A DNA stretch of 35,105 bases from a virus (taxonomy: Duplodnaviria > Caudoviricetes). The DNA lies in the IMG/VR virus record IMGVR_UViG_3300033076_000113, positions 1 to 35,105 of that record; one strand, written 5' to 3'. Each line of letters opens with the position of its first letter. The stretch's first letter is position 1. This document shows positions 26,737 through 35,105 of the stretch, piece after piece. Below the pieces are notes generated by a model. The model had not been told where the DNA came from and searched no databases. It worked only from the letters and a program-made list of their open reading frames with translations. A program made the position numbers and the translations under genes.

Positions 26737-28676
26737 CAGCGCCGCCCATCAGGTCGGGCGTCAAGGCGCGGTGCGCCAAGCTGCCATTGGACACCAAGGT
26801 TCTCGGACCTGATTTTGAACGCCATCTGGCGGGCACGAGCGCGGATAAAGACCTGATCGGTGTAGACCCCGACCGAGCTTTCGATGACCCGCTGGGTGTC
26901 CGCAGCATCCGAGGAGAAACGACCACCGGGGAAGTTACGGGGGCGGACCTGTACGGTGACCTCAGGAGCGTCAGCGGTCGAGCCTTCAAAACCAACGTCC
27001 GGCAGGATGCGGCGCGTCAGCATGAACTGGTCGCCATCGTCGAGGTCAAAGTCCGACGACTGGATGTAGCTGTCCATCGGCAGCGTATCGTCGTTGATAC
27101 CGTTCTCGTGGCTATAGAGGTAGCCCGGACCCGTTGTGACGCTGTTACCATCGACTGATACCGAGGTATTCGTAGCCTGCGGGTTCTGCCGCAGCGGGGT
27201 GTCAAGCCATGCCGTCCGGTCGATGGTGCCGTAGTACCAGATGCGCTCTAGGTGGTTATAGATCACATAGGCGTTGTTGTAGTCGCTGTCGGCAGTCGGG
27301 TAGAACCACCAGACCTCGTTCCACTGCTCATTGGTCCCGCAGACGATCTGGTCGGCTTGGTTGGTGTTGAGGTTGTTGAACACATGATTGCGCAGGGTGC
27401 ATGGCAGCGTCTCGACACGGCCAGTGTAGGCGTAGAACTTGTCCTGACCCATCCAGTAGGTGATGTTGGCAGCCGAGGCCACCGCACGCGGCGAGGCAAT
27501 CGAGATATTGTCCGCATACTCCTGAAGCCCAAAGACGTCGGTCGTACCAAGGAACTGGAGCGTGTAGAGGTTGGTGTCCGTCCAGACGAGGATTTCCTGC
27601 CGGGTAGGCAGCGCGCGGACGATCCGCGAACCACGTGAGATGCGTAGATCACCAGCGGTATTGGTCTGGGTTGGTGTCCAGTCCGCCGGAGTATCTTGGT
27701 CAGCCCAGCGGATGAGCAACGGATCAAAATCAGCGGCGTTGGTTGAGCCAAACGGTACCGCGCCAAAAGCGACGAGGTGCCTGTCCTGCTGCGATACCAG
27801 TAGCTGCATAACCTGCACGGGGACCGCGTTCGGGTCAAACCCTTGGCTGGTCGCATACTCGCTGAGCCGAATGGCTTTGGTGGCCAGAGCCGAGGCAGGG
27901 TCGTCGGATGTACCGCGCACCCACCAGTAGCCCTCGCCGTTACGGATGTTCATGACAAGGTCGTTGTCGAAGTTGTCGAAGAACCAGTCGCGCTGCGGCA
28001 GATAAATCTGCGAGCCGGTAGCCCCAAGACCCCATGAGTCACGGCTCCATGCACCAACGCCCCAGCCGTAGCCAGCCGTGGTGATGGCGTTGCCCGGTTC
28101 GATCTCAAACCCGATGGTGATGGCGGTCCCACCTTGGTTGCTGGCCGTAGACGTAGCAGCGGTAGTCACCGTGAATGAGAACGAGTCCGTGTCGATGACG
28201 GTGATCTCATGGTTACCATTGATCTGTGAGACCGGCACCCCGCCGATTGTCGTACCCGCAACCCCAGCGATCTGTACGTAGGAACCGGTCAGTGCCCCAT
28301 GCGCCGTACCAAGGTTAACCGTGATGGTGGTCGTACCATTAGAGGTGTTGATGCAGTTATCAGTGTCCGGCGACGACAGCGTAGGGATGCTATCGCGCAG
28401 CGGAGTGATGTCGTAATAATAGCCCGCAAGCTCGATGTAGACCTTCTCATTGGTCCCCAGCGAGAGCAGGTTGTCCTGATACGTCGTGATCCAGTTCCAC
28501 ATCTGGCGGCACACGCCAGTGAAGGAAGTCGGCGTGGATTTAACCCAGCCGCCGATCTTCTCAGGGTAACCCGAGCGAAACCTGATCTTATCGCACTCGT
28601 ACCACCCGCCCTCGTTCGAGTAGTCGGTCTGGTCGCGGTTGACGCCGGGTTTGAACTGGAGCTTGATGAACGCCAT
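26736..28676 (-). CDS. head-closure/tail nozzle (P22 gp10-like stabilisation) protein
   Basis: KPGVNRD, KIRFRSGYPEKIGGW, IRWADQD, EVWWFYP, RTAWLD, RARARQMAFKI; beta-rich 646 aa. Confidence 0.75.
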   Translation of the reverse strand: MAFIKLQFKPGVNRDQTDYSNEGGWYECDKIRFRSGYPEKIGGWVKSTPTSFTGVCRQMWNWITTYQDNLLSLGTNEKVYIELAGYYYDITPLRDSIPTLSSPDTDNCINTSNGTTTITVNLGTAHGALTGSYVQIAGVAGTTIGGVPVSQINGNHEITVIDTDSFSFTVTTAATSTASNQGGTAITIGFEIEPGNAITTAGYGWGVGAWSRDSWGLGATGSQIYLPQRDWFFDNFDNDLVMNIRNGEGYWWVRGTSDDPASALATKAIRLSEYATSQGFDPNAVPVQVMQLLVSQQDRHLVAFGAVPFGSTNAADFDPLLIRWADQDTPADWTPTQTNTAGDLRISRGSRIVRALPTRQEILVWTDTNLYTLQFLGTTDVFGLQEYADNISIASPRAVASAANITYWMGQDKFYAYTGRVETLPCTLRNHVFNNLNTNQADQIVCGTNEQWNEVWWFYPTADSDYNNAYVIYNHLERIWYYGTIDRTAWLDTPLRQNPQATNTSVSVDGNSVTTGPGYLYSHENGINDDTLPMDSYIQSSDFDLDDGDQFMLTRRILPDVGFEGSTADAPEVTVQVRPRNFPGGRFSSDAADTQRVIESSVGVYTDQVFIRARARQMAFKIRSENLGVQWQLGAPRLDARPDGRR

Positions 28677-28852
28677 CAGGGCCTCGCATTAAGCATGAGG
28701 ATAAGCTGCTGCACCTTGGCGTCTGTCTCCTCGATATTGCAGGAGCCATCAGGGTAGAACACAGCAGGCACTTCAAAGTAGCCGCCATTCTCAAGCGTAC
28801 CTTTGGCGTACCATTCGTCTTGATTGGCAGGGTAATGGATGTCTACGACCAT
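28676..28852 (-). CDS. 58-aa hypothetical tail-associated protein
   Basis: GGAGG upstream of ATG 28852; TGATG coupling to next gene. Confidence 0.6.
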   Translation of the reverse strand: MVVDIHYPANQDEWYAKGTLENGGYFEVPAVFYPDGSCNIEETDAKVQQLILMLNARP

Positions 28853-29244
28853 GTTACCAGCCTCCCAGCGCCGACAGAGGTACCAAAGACCGCTGGTGCC
28901 CCGAAGAAAATCCATGTAGTGGAGCCGCCAACAGCATAATAGGAGGCATCCGCTCGGTTGATGATCGTCCCGTTGACATTCATCGTGGACCAACCGGAAT
29001 TAGGAGCATCCCCAGCGACGGTAAAATCCAACCATGCGGGAGACCCAGAGGAGTACACGTCCTTCAGAGTATAAAAGGCAAAGCCAGTACCCGCCCAAGT
29101 AGACGGGTAGATGCTACCCTGACCGCCCGTGTTAAACCCATAGCTAGAGAAAGTGCCATCGGTCACAAAACCTACGGTGACGAAGGCATCACCCGCATAA
29201 GGCGAACCTACTGCCCCCGCTAAAGCGCAGACGATCCCGGTCAT
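28843..29244 (-). CDS. tail fibre tip/receptor-binding-like protein
   Basis: TGATG coupling; MTGIVCALAG start; G/S/T/aromatic-rich. Confidence 0.65.
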   Translation of the reverse strand: MTGIVCALAGAVGSPYAGDAFVTVGFVTDGTFSSYGFNTGGQGSIYPSTWAGTGFAFYTLKDVYSSGSPAWLDFTVAGDAPNSGWSTMNVNGTIINRADASYYAVGGSTTWIFFGAPAVFGTSVGAGRLVTWS

Positions 29245-30395
29245 CAGCTTACGTTCCCTGAGACCACCCAAGTAGTCGAGGCAACCTTGACGCAGGTGGC
29301 GAGGCCATAAGCTGCCAACGTACGAGAACCGGTACTGGCTGTACCGGCTAGGCGGAGAGTATCGCTCGTGATTGAGATCGTCTGGCTCGAACCGCTATTG
29401 TTGAAGAGGACGACCGCCGAGCCGATTGGAAAAGCCACTGAGGCGTTGGCCGGGATCACCCAGCCGCCCGTCGTGTTGGCGACCTGCTTACCCCGATCCG
29501 ATAGCGCAAGAGTATAGGAACCGGACTGCGAGTTCTGCGGTAGGTCCTTGTAGCCGGTCTGGTAAGCCGTGCTGCCGTCAAACCCGGCAGACACAAAGAA
29601 CGCACGCCAGTACGGGGGCGTGTTGCCATCCGAGATAAGCATGAGCGAAGTCTGCGCGGCGATAACCGTCGGGCCATCGGTCCCGGTAGACCCCGTGTAG
29701 GACAGGTTAACGTCCGACCCAGAAATATTCGAAAGCGAAACGACCTTACCGGCAGCAGCAACGGTGGGCAGCGTCAGAGTGATACCACCTACCGAGATAA
29801 GGATATTGGTGCCGAGGTTGTTCGCACCCAGTGCGGTGCTAGTCGAAATAACCTGCTGCCCAGTGGTCTGGAACCCAATGGCTACGTTTGCGCCGTTAAT
29901 GGTGATGTTGTTGGACGCGGTGACGTTGGTCGCCGCAACATTAGTCGCCGTGACGTTGGTCGCGGTCAGTGCAGGGGTGGTCAGCGACGTCAGGTAGGTT
30001 ACCACGTCTGCGACATTAGTACCGTCCGAGTAGACCCACATGGTCTTACCCGCAGGCACGGTAATGCCAGTGCCAGCAGCGGTCTTTACCAAAATGCTAT
30101 CCGCGCAGTCGTTCTGGACGATGTAGGGCTTCTCAATCGAGGGCACTACGAGGTTGCGGGTCGAGCCACCAGTCGTACCAGTACAGCGCAGGCGCATGTT
30201 ACGGGCGGTCTGCGTGGCGTTCGAATCGGTCAACGTCAGGGTCACGTTACCGCTGGAGAAAGTGACATCCGCAGAACCGACAATAGCTTCTTCAAGCGCA
30301 GTCCCCAGATTGACGTTCGTGACGTCACCCCACGTGGAGGTGTTCTCACCTGTGGCCATCAACTGGACTTTGAGGTTGCTGTACGTGCTAGGCAT
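29244..30395 (-). CDS. tail fibre-like protein
   Basis: MPSTYSNLK..GENTSTWG N-terminus; ATNV repeats; YTLALSDRGK...FPIG...WVVSG C-terminal module. Confidence 0.75.
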   Translation of the reverse strand: MPSTYSNLKVQLMATGENTSTWGDVTNVNLGTALEEAIVGSADVTFSSGNVTLTLTDSNATQTARNMRLRCTGTTGGSTRNLVVPSIEKPYIVQNDCADSILVKTAAGTGITVPAGKTMWVYSDGTNVADVVTYLTSLTTPALTATNVTATNVAATNVTASNNITINGANVAIGFQTTGQQVISTSTALGANNLGTNILISVGGITLTLPTVAAAGKVVSLSNISGSDVNLSYTGSTGTDGPTVIAAQTSLMLISDGNTPPYWRAFFVSAGFDGSTAYQTGYKDLPQNSQSGSYTLALSDRGKQVANTTGGWVIPANASVAFPIGSAVVLFNNSGSSQTISITSDTLRLAGTASTGSRTLAAYGLATCVKVASTTWVVSGNVS

Positions 30396-30404
30396 CTCTT
30401 TTCC

Positions 30405-31304
30405 TTACGTCGGTATCTGGACCCAAACGACGGTGTTCCCATCGTTGACCAAAGTCCAGTTGTCGGTCTGCGAGTCGTCAACGGGCACCCAGTTAGGTGT
30501 CTGATTATCGTTGATGATCCCCCACACCAACGGTGTCGTGATCCTGCCAACAGCTTGTACACCAGTGAGAACCACAATGGAACCACCTGCTGTAGTAGCA
30601 GTACCAACCGCACCCGAGGCTTCTACGCCAGTGACACGAATGCGGTTGCCGCTTCGCTGAGTGACGGTGCCAAGCTGCGCTTGAGCTTCAATTCCGGTGA
30701 CAACGACGCTGGCGATACCGGTAATAGCCACCGTGCCGACCGCACCAAGAGCCTCTACGCCATCTTCGATGACGACGGCTCCACCATCTGCGACGGCGTC
30801 ACCAACAGCGCCTGTGGCTTCTACACCCGAAACTGCCGCATTGGCGTTGGCTTGTGCGACCGCAGTACCGACTGTGGCAGTCGCCTGCACCCCGGTTAGG
30901 GTGAGGTTGCCTGTACCTTGAACGCTGGCGGTCCCGATGGACCCAACCATCAGCGTCTCAAAGACGTCAATAGAAATGCTGCCACCCGCAGCTACGCCGA
31001 CGCCATCATTGATGGCCTGCGCACTGACGCCCGTGAGGGTTACATTAGCTTTGTCTTGGACATCTACCGCGCCGACCGACCCGGAGGCAGAGACTCCGGT
31101 GACCGCTACGTTTTGGCCGACAGCGGTGGTAACGGTGCCGACAGAGCCAGTCGCGCTGACTCCTGTGGGGGTTACGTTCGCGTTGGATTGTACCGTTACG
31201 CTACCGACAGAGGCAGTCGCTGAGACTCCCGTAACGGCTGCTTCTACCGAAACAGTCCCGAGCGCGGCAAACGGAGTCTGGGCGAAGGAGGAAAAACCAA
31301 ACAT
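30405..31304 (-). CDS. repetitive structural protein
   Basis: GGAGGG RBS; many V/LTGVxAxGxVGT repeats; WxxV repeats at C-terminus. Confidence 0.75.
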   Translation of the reverse strand: MFGFSSFAQTPFAALGTVSVEAAVTGVSATASVGSVTVQSNANVTPTGVSATGSVGTVTTAVGQNVAVTGVSASGSVGAVDVQDKANVTLTGVSAQAINDGVGVAAGGSISIDVFETLMVGSIGTASVQGTGNLTLTGVQATATVGTAVAQANANAAVSGVEATGAVGDAVADGGAVVIEDGVEALGAVGTVAITGIASVVVTGIEAQAQLGTVTQRSGNRIRVTGVEASGAVGTATTAGGSIVVLTGVQAVGRITTPLVWGIINDNQTPNWVPVDDSQTDNWTLVNDGNTVVWVQIPT

Positions 31305-31348
31305 CAGTGATATTCCCTCCTTCTAGTCAGAGTGGCATTAGCAGATAA

Positions 31349-31528
31349 TCAACCGCCAAGATACTGCGACAGTGCGCCTGCGATGGCTGCGACCGCCGCG
31401 AGGATACCACCAATCTTAGCCTTGCCCGAGAGCTTTGGCTTGTCCCCGTCCATGGGGATAATCTTGTTGGTTGCCTGCTTGAGCAGGACGTCCTTGCCGA
31501 TACGGCCAATAGTCTTCTTCAGGTCCAT
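31349..31528 (-). CDS. 59-aa membrane protein, holin-like (not in ORF track)
   Basis: AAGGAGG RBS; MDLKKTIGRIGKDV...KIGGILAAVAAIAGALSQYLGG; follows endolysin. Confidence 0.7.
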   Translation of the reverse strand: MDLKKTIGRIGKDVLLKQATNKIIPMDGDKPKLSGKAKIGGILAAVAAIAGALSQYLGG

Positions 31529-31538
31529 AGGTACCTCC

Positions 31539-32150
31539 TTAGAGCCAAGTCGCGTACTTCTTGGTCTTCATCTTGCGGTCGTCGAGGCCGTGCGTGCCCC
31601 CATTGATCCGCTTGGTCAGCGCGAGGATCGCACTGTCTGTGATGCCCTGATCGCAGATCGACCAGAGCTTGTTCTTGTCGAAGAACCACAGTGCGCTCTC
31701 AAAGCAAAGCTCGCCCGCCACGAGGTCCGGGTTGTCCATGACGTCCGGGCGGTTCACGTAGTCCGAGAAGGCTTGGTAGTTCGACTTGCCGGTAAGCTGG
31801 AGCGCACCACGACCGCGATACTTCCAGCCATCACCTGAGGCTTCATCGCCGTTACCCATGCGATTGGCGTATACCCGGTTAGCGATCTTCTCTGGCTTGC
31901 GCTCGTAAGCAGCCGCCAGTGCGTCGGTCGGGAAGTACTTGCCGAAGATGCCGCGCAGGCCCTTTGCGCCATAGTTGAGGTTCTCCGAGAACGCCTTGAA
32001 GTTGCCGCTCTCATGCGCCGTCTGGGCGAAGAAGTGGGCAGCGCGGTTCTTGTTGAGGTGGTAGAACTCGGCAGCCTTCTTGAGCGTGCCGGGGCCAAAG
32101 GCCCCGTCAGCCGTGACGCCGATCTTCTGCTGAAGGTTTACGAGGCTCAC
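31539..32150 (-). CDS. GH19 endolysin with N-terminal peptidoglycan-binding motif
   Basis: ADGAFGPGT; FFAQTAHESG; ENLNY; YRGRGALQLTGKSNY; TKRINGGTHGLDDR; GTG 32150 with GGAGG RBS. Confidence 0.93.
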   Translation of the reverse strand: MSLVNLQQKIGVTADGAFGPGTLKKAAEFYHLNKNRAAHFFAQTAHESGNFKAFSENLNYGAKGLRGIFGKYFPTDALAAAYERKPEKIANRVYANRMGNGDEASGDGWKYRGRGALQLTGKSNYQAFSDYVNRPDVMDNPDLVAGELCFESALWFFDKNKLWSICDQGITDSAILALTKRINGGTHGLDDRKMKTKKYATWL

Positions 32151-32668
32151 AGGTTCTTCCTCCAATCAGGGAAATCGTTCTCATCAACCACGCCATCGCC
32201 GTTGGCATCGTAGCGCAGATCGTTGCGGTACTTCTCCCACGGGGCCATGTCGTCATCGTCGTCATCATCCGCAGGTACGTTCTCTACGGCTTCGACCGGC
32301 TCAGGGAAAATAACCCCGGCGGGCAGCGAGCGATCAATTGGCTCTTCTACAACGGGTGCAGGTGCTGGAGCGACCGGTTCGGGCTGCGGCTCTGGATCAG
32401 GATCGTTGCGATCCTCTGGCGGCGGGGGGACGAGTTCGCCCTTCATACCCATCAGGGTGGCATAGGAGCCAGCAACGGCACCGACAACCGAGGTCATGAC
32501 GTAGCTGAGCAGGCCAAAGACATCCTTGTTGTCGATGATGTCGTTCGAGACGAACAGGCCCACAATCATGGCACAGGTGATGGCGACGATGACGAAGGCC
32601 ATCACGCACGCAGCGAGCCAGAGTGCCTTGATTCGGGCAACGAGAAGCTTGTCTTCCATATCCATCAT
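32147..32668 (-). CDS. two-TM membrane protein with Pro/acidic linker and EF-hand-like motif (holin candidate)
   Basis: Two hydrophobic helices; DANGDGVVDEND; overlaps endolysin start. Confidence 0.7.
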   Translation of the reverse strand: MMDMEDKLLVARIKALWLAACVMAFVIVAITCAMIVGLFVSNDIIDNKDVFGLLSYVMTSVVGAVAGSYATLMGMKGELVPPPPEDRNDPDPEPQPEPVAPAPAPVVEEPIDRSLPAGVIFPEPVEAVENVPADDDDDDDMAPWEKYRNDLRYDANGDGVVDENDFPDWRKNL

Positions 32669-33198
32669 CAGTCCTTACCGTTGAGCGGGTTATCGAGGAC
32701 GCGCTTGATCTTGTCGTCCATCTGGGTTTCCAACTCTTTAATCCGACGCTGCTGGTCTAAGTCCTGCTGGCGTAGCTGGTCAAGCATAGCACGTTGGGTC
32801 TGAATAGTCATCGCATCACTTGCACGCACGCTACCCGACACTGCATCAACCGTCTGACGGGTGCTGGTGACGCTGCTAGAGATGCTATTGGTGAGATAAT
32901 TCAACGCCTCAGAGTTGCCTTTGGTCAACCGCTCGACGCTGGTGACGCGCTCGTCCAGCACGGAGATGCGCTGATTAATCCCAGAGAGGTCTGGCGGCAC
33001 ATAGGCAGCGGTGACTTCTTGCATAGTCAGGAACTGCTGGTAGACCTGAAAGCCAGCCCACAGACCACCGACAACCGTCGAGATGGCAGCAAAGATGATG
33101 GCGATCTTACCGCTGCTCAGGTTCCCTATCTTGAAGCTAAAGCCGCTCTCGTCGAATGCGACCTGCGGTTCTTCCTGCTCATTGTCCGTACTGGGCAT
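32668..33198 (-). CDS. single-TM coiled-coil protein
   Basis: TM IAIIFAAISTVVGGLWAGF followed by long heptad region ending LDNPL. Confidence 0.75.
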   Translation of the reverse strand: MPSTDNEQEEPQVAFDESGFSFKIGNLSSGKIAIIFAAISTVVGGLWAGFQVYQQFLTMQEVTAAYVPPDLSGINQRISVLDERVTSVERLTKGNSEALNYLTNSISSSVTSTRQTVDAVSGSVRASDAMTIQTQRAMLDQLRQQDLDQQRRIKELETQMDDKIKRVLDNPLNGKD

Positions 33199-34519
33199 TA
33201 ATCATCTCCTGCAATTTGTCGGTGTTCGTGCGGGTTAGGCGGTACATCTCGAAGTTCGCGTCTCTAAGGCGGCGGTTCTTGTAGATGTCACGCGGAGCGT
33301 AGAAGTCGGGGCGATCCTGTAGAGCTACTTGCGTATACGCAGTGAACCCCGGCACAGACGCAATCGCGTCCATTGTTTCTGCCTGCCCAGCACCAATCGA
33401 GTTTGCGGCCTGCTCAGTCTGGGCCGTAGCCATGGGGGCAGGCGCAGAGGACATGTTTAGGGCCTCCAGAGTGTTCGCTGCGGACGTAGGCGACGACGGT
33501 GAAGGCACAGCCTCAAAAGCAGCGGAGAACGCGGTAGACGAACTACCTCCCGTCTGGGTCGCGCCAAACTGCACAGCGCTAGCCGGGTTGATACCGGGGA
33601 GTTCACCAATCGGCGCAGAGGCAGCCAGCGCCATAACCTGATCGGGTGTGAGCCGTTCAGCGGCCACAGCTTCCGCAACCTGCTCGGTGATGCTGGCAGT
33701 CTCTTCCGGCGTATCTACCTGCGGCTCTACAACCACGATCTCCTGCTCCGGCTCGGGCAGGCTGGCGACAATCTCCTCAGCAGCATCGGCTGCGGCATCG
33801 GCAGTAGCCGCGTCAATCACCGTGTTGATGGGTGCAGAAGAGATGAAGTCAACCGGCGCTACCGCCTCTGGTGGGCAGCTTGGGTCCATCGGGGTCACGT
33901 TGCAATCGACGGTCGCCTTCGGCTCTGACCATGACAGGATACCCGACTGGTTGCTCATCGCGGAAGGGTCACGCCCATAGAACAGCAGGATGTTGTCACC
34001 AGTGTTCGGGCCAGTGATACCGGCAGTCGCCAAGTGGTAGGTGAACGGCGCGAGGTTGGCGTAGTTGAACTGGATTTTATTGTCGTCGAAGAGGCCGATC
34101 TCGAAGGTGTACTGGTTGTTCGTGCCGTACTCCTGCGTGGCATACCAGCCGAACAGAATAGAGCCGGGCTTCCTGACGTAGTAGGGATTGCCCCCACTAA
34201 TGAGGTCGGTCCACATCCCGTAGATCGTGTTGCGCGGGGCCTGCTCAAGCGGACGCCCATTGCAGCAGAGGTGGTTGCCGCTTTCAAACGACACAAAGCC
34301 GTTGGACGAAACCCACGCACTGGTGAAGACCTGCCCCCAGTAGGTAAACTCAAAGCCAAGGTCGATGCGCGCCGTGCTGTCATCGCCAAGGTACAGCGGC
34401 GTAGCCGTAGCAGGGCTTGCCACGATCTGTGGAGGGATGACGCCCGGCTCGTAGGTCTGTGCGGCTACGGACGTAGCCAGAAGGAGGCTAGCGGCTACGC
34501 TTCGCGTCAGGGCGTGCAT
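33179..34519 (-). CDS. exported protein with nidogen(NIDO)-like domain
   Basis: Signal peptide ..TSVAA/QT; GDDS..IDLGFEFTYWGQ..WVSSNGFVSF, WTDL, TFEI; CxxxPxxPSC; acidic linker. Confidence 0.7.
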   Translation of the reverse strand: MHALTRSVAASLLLATSVAAQTYEPGVIPPQIVASPATATPLYLGDDSTARIDLGFEFTYWGQVFTSAWVSSNGFVSFESGNHLCCNGRPLEQAPRNTIYGMWTDLISGGNPYYVRKPGSILFGWYATQEYGTNNQYTFEIGLFDDNKIQFNYANLAPFTYHLATAGITGPNTGDNILLFYGRDPSAMSNQSGILSWSEPKATVDCNVTPMDPSCPPEAVAPVDFISSAPINTVIDAATADAAADAAEEIVASLPEPEQEIVVVEPQVDTPEETASITEQVAEAVAAERLTPDQVMALAASAPIGELPGINPASAVQFGATQTGGSSSTAFSAAFEAVPSPSSPTSAANTLEALNMSSAPAPMATAQTEQAANSIGAGQAETMDAIASVPGFTAYTQVALQDRPDFYAPRDIYKNRRLRDANFEMYRLTRTNTDKLQEMINAQYGQ

Positions 34520-35105
34520 CAGCGTTCTCTTCCCACGCAGCGGTGGCCTCAGCACCGATCTTGCCCATGTAGGGGCACGGGGTGCCTGCCATCTCCATCG
34601 AGCGGAAGACGCGGTCGTCTTGGCACAGGAGGCTAACTGCGGCTACGCGCATGCCCATGTCGTACAGGGTCTTCGACAGTTTGATGCGTTCACAATTCTG
34701 GTCGCGTACAGCCTTACCACCAGAGATGCCAACAATCTGCGTCTGGACCGCGCCTGATACGCCAGTCGTGCAGAGGTCTTGGCTGTAGCTCATGATCGTC
34801 GGCGCGATGGCCGAGGGCGGGGGCGACTTGAGGTTCTGGTCAATCACCTGCCGAGAGACGTTCTCGCTGTAGCTGGTGGACTTGCTATCGCTCAGGTTGA
34901 CGTTGTTGTTCTGGTTGACGTTGGTGTTGTTCGTCGTCGCCACCGAGGTGCTGTTCACCGTCGAGGTAGAGACGTCCGTATTGAAGTTGTTGTTCGTGGC
35001 GGTGCTGGTGCTCGTCGCCGTCGAAGTGTTCTGGTTGATGTTGGTCATCGTCCCAGAGTTGATGTTCTGGTTGACGTTGGTGTTCGTCGAGGTGCTCGTC
35101 GAGGT
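34488..35105 (-). CDS. N/T/S-repeat, Cys-containing protein (start beyond window)
   Basis: Frame open to window end; NTNVNQN repeats; PPPSAIAP..DLC..NCERIKLSK..LLCQD..GTPCP domain. Confidence 0.8.
   Translation of the reverse strand, partial: TSTSTSTNTNVNQNINSGTMTNINQNTSTATSTSTATNNNFNTDVSTSTVNSTSVATTNNTNVNQNNNVNLSDSKSTSYSENVSRQVIDQNLKSPPPSAIAPTIMSYSQDLCTTGVSGAVQTQIVGISGGKAVRDQNCERIKLSKTLYDMGMRVAAVSLLCQDDRVFRSMEMAGTPCPYMGKIGAEATAAWEENADARPDAKRSR
34907..35084. repeat. 22-bp direct repeat within coding repeats
   Basis: TGTTCTGGTTGACGTTGGTGTT at 34907-34928 and 35063-35084. Confidence 0.7.

Noticed and set aside
28853-28993. Longer 105-aa version of ORF 28676-28993
   Set aside because: Overlaps the upstream gene extensively; the RBS supports ATG 28852
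29910-29970. 15-bp tandem repeats
   Set aside because: They simply encode ATNV pentapeptide repeats of the tail fibre

Overview
Fragment of a GC-rich tailed dsDNA phage genome (podovirus-like architecture; an alphaproteobacterial host is a weak guess). Positions 1-13106 (+) form a tightly coupled replication/early module: VRR-NUC nuclease, family A DNA polymerase, SAM methyltransferase, glycosyltransferase, DUF6378-like protein, Cas4-like exonuclease, HNH, SNF2 helicase, putative SSB, HTH and primase-helicase. Positions 13194-35105 (-) form a convergent virion/lysis module: a 2650-aa polyvalent internal protein, ejection-type proteins, a stabilisation/nozzle protein, tail proteins, a GH19 endolysin and membrane/secreted proteins. 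The main unexplained signal lies at the junction. A candidate ~75-nt three-hairpin small RNA has its own promoter-like element and terminator. Its hairpins are complementary to the start regions of several phage genes: 15/15 nt to the primase start, 11/11 nt to the helicase RBS, and other sites. One of those sites belongs to a small ORF apparently overprinted inside the giant virion gene, and a second overprinted ORF lies further along the same gene. All calls come from reading the sequence by eye, without database searches.
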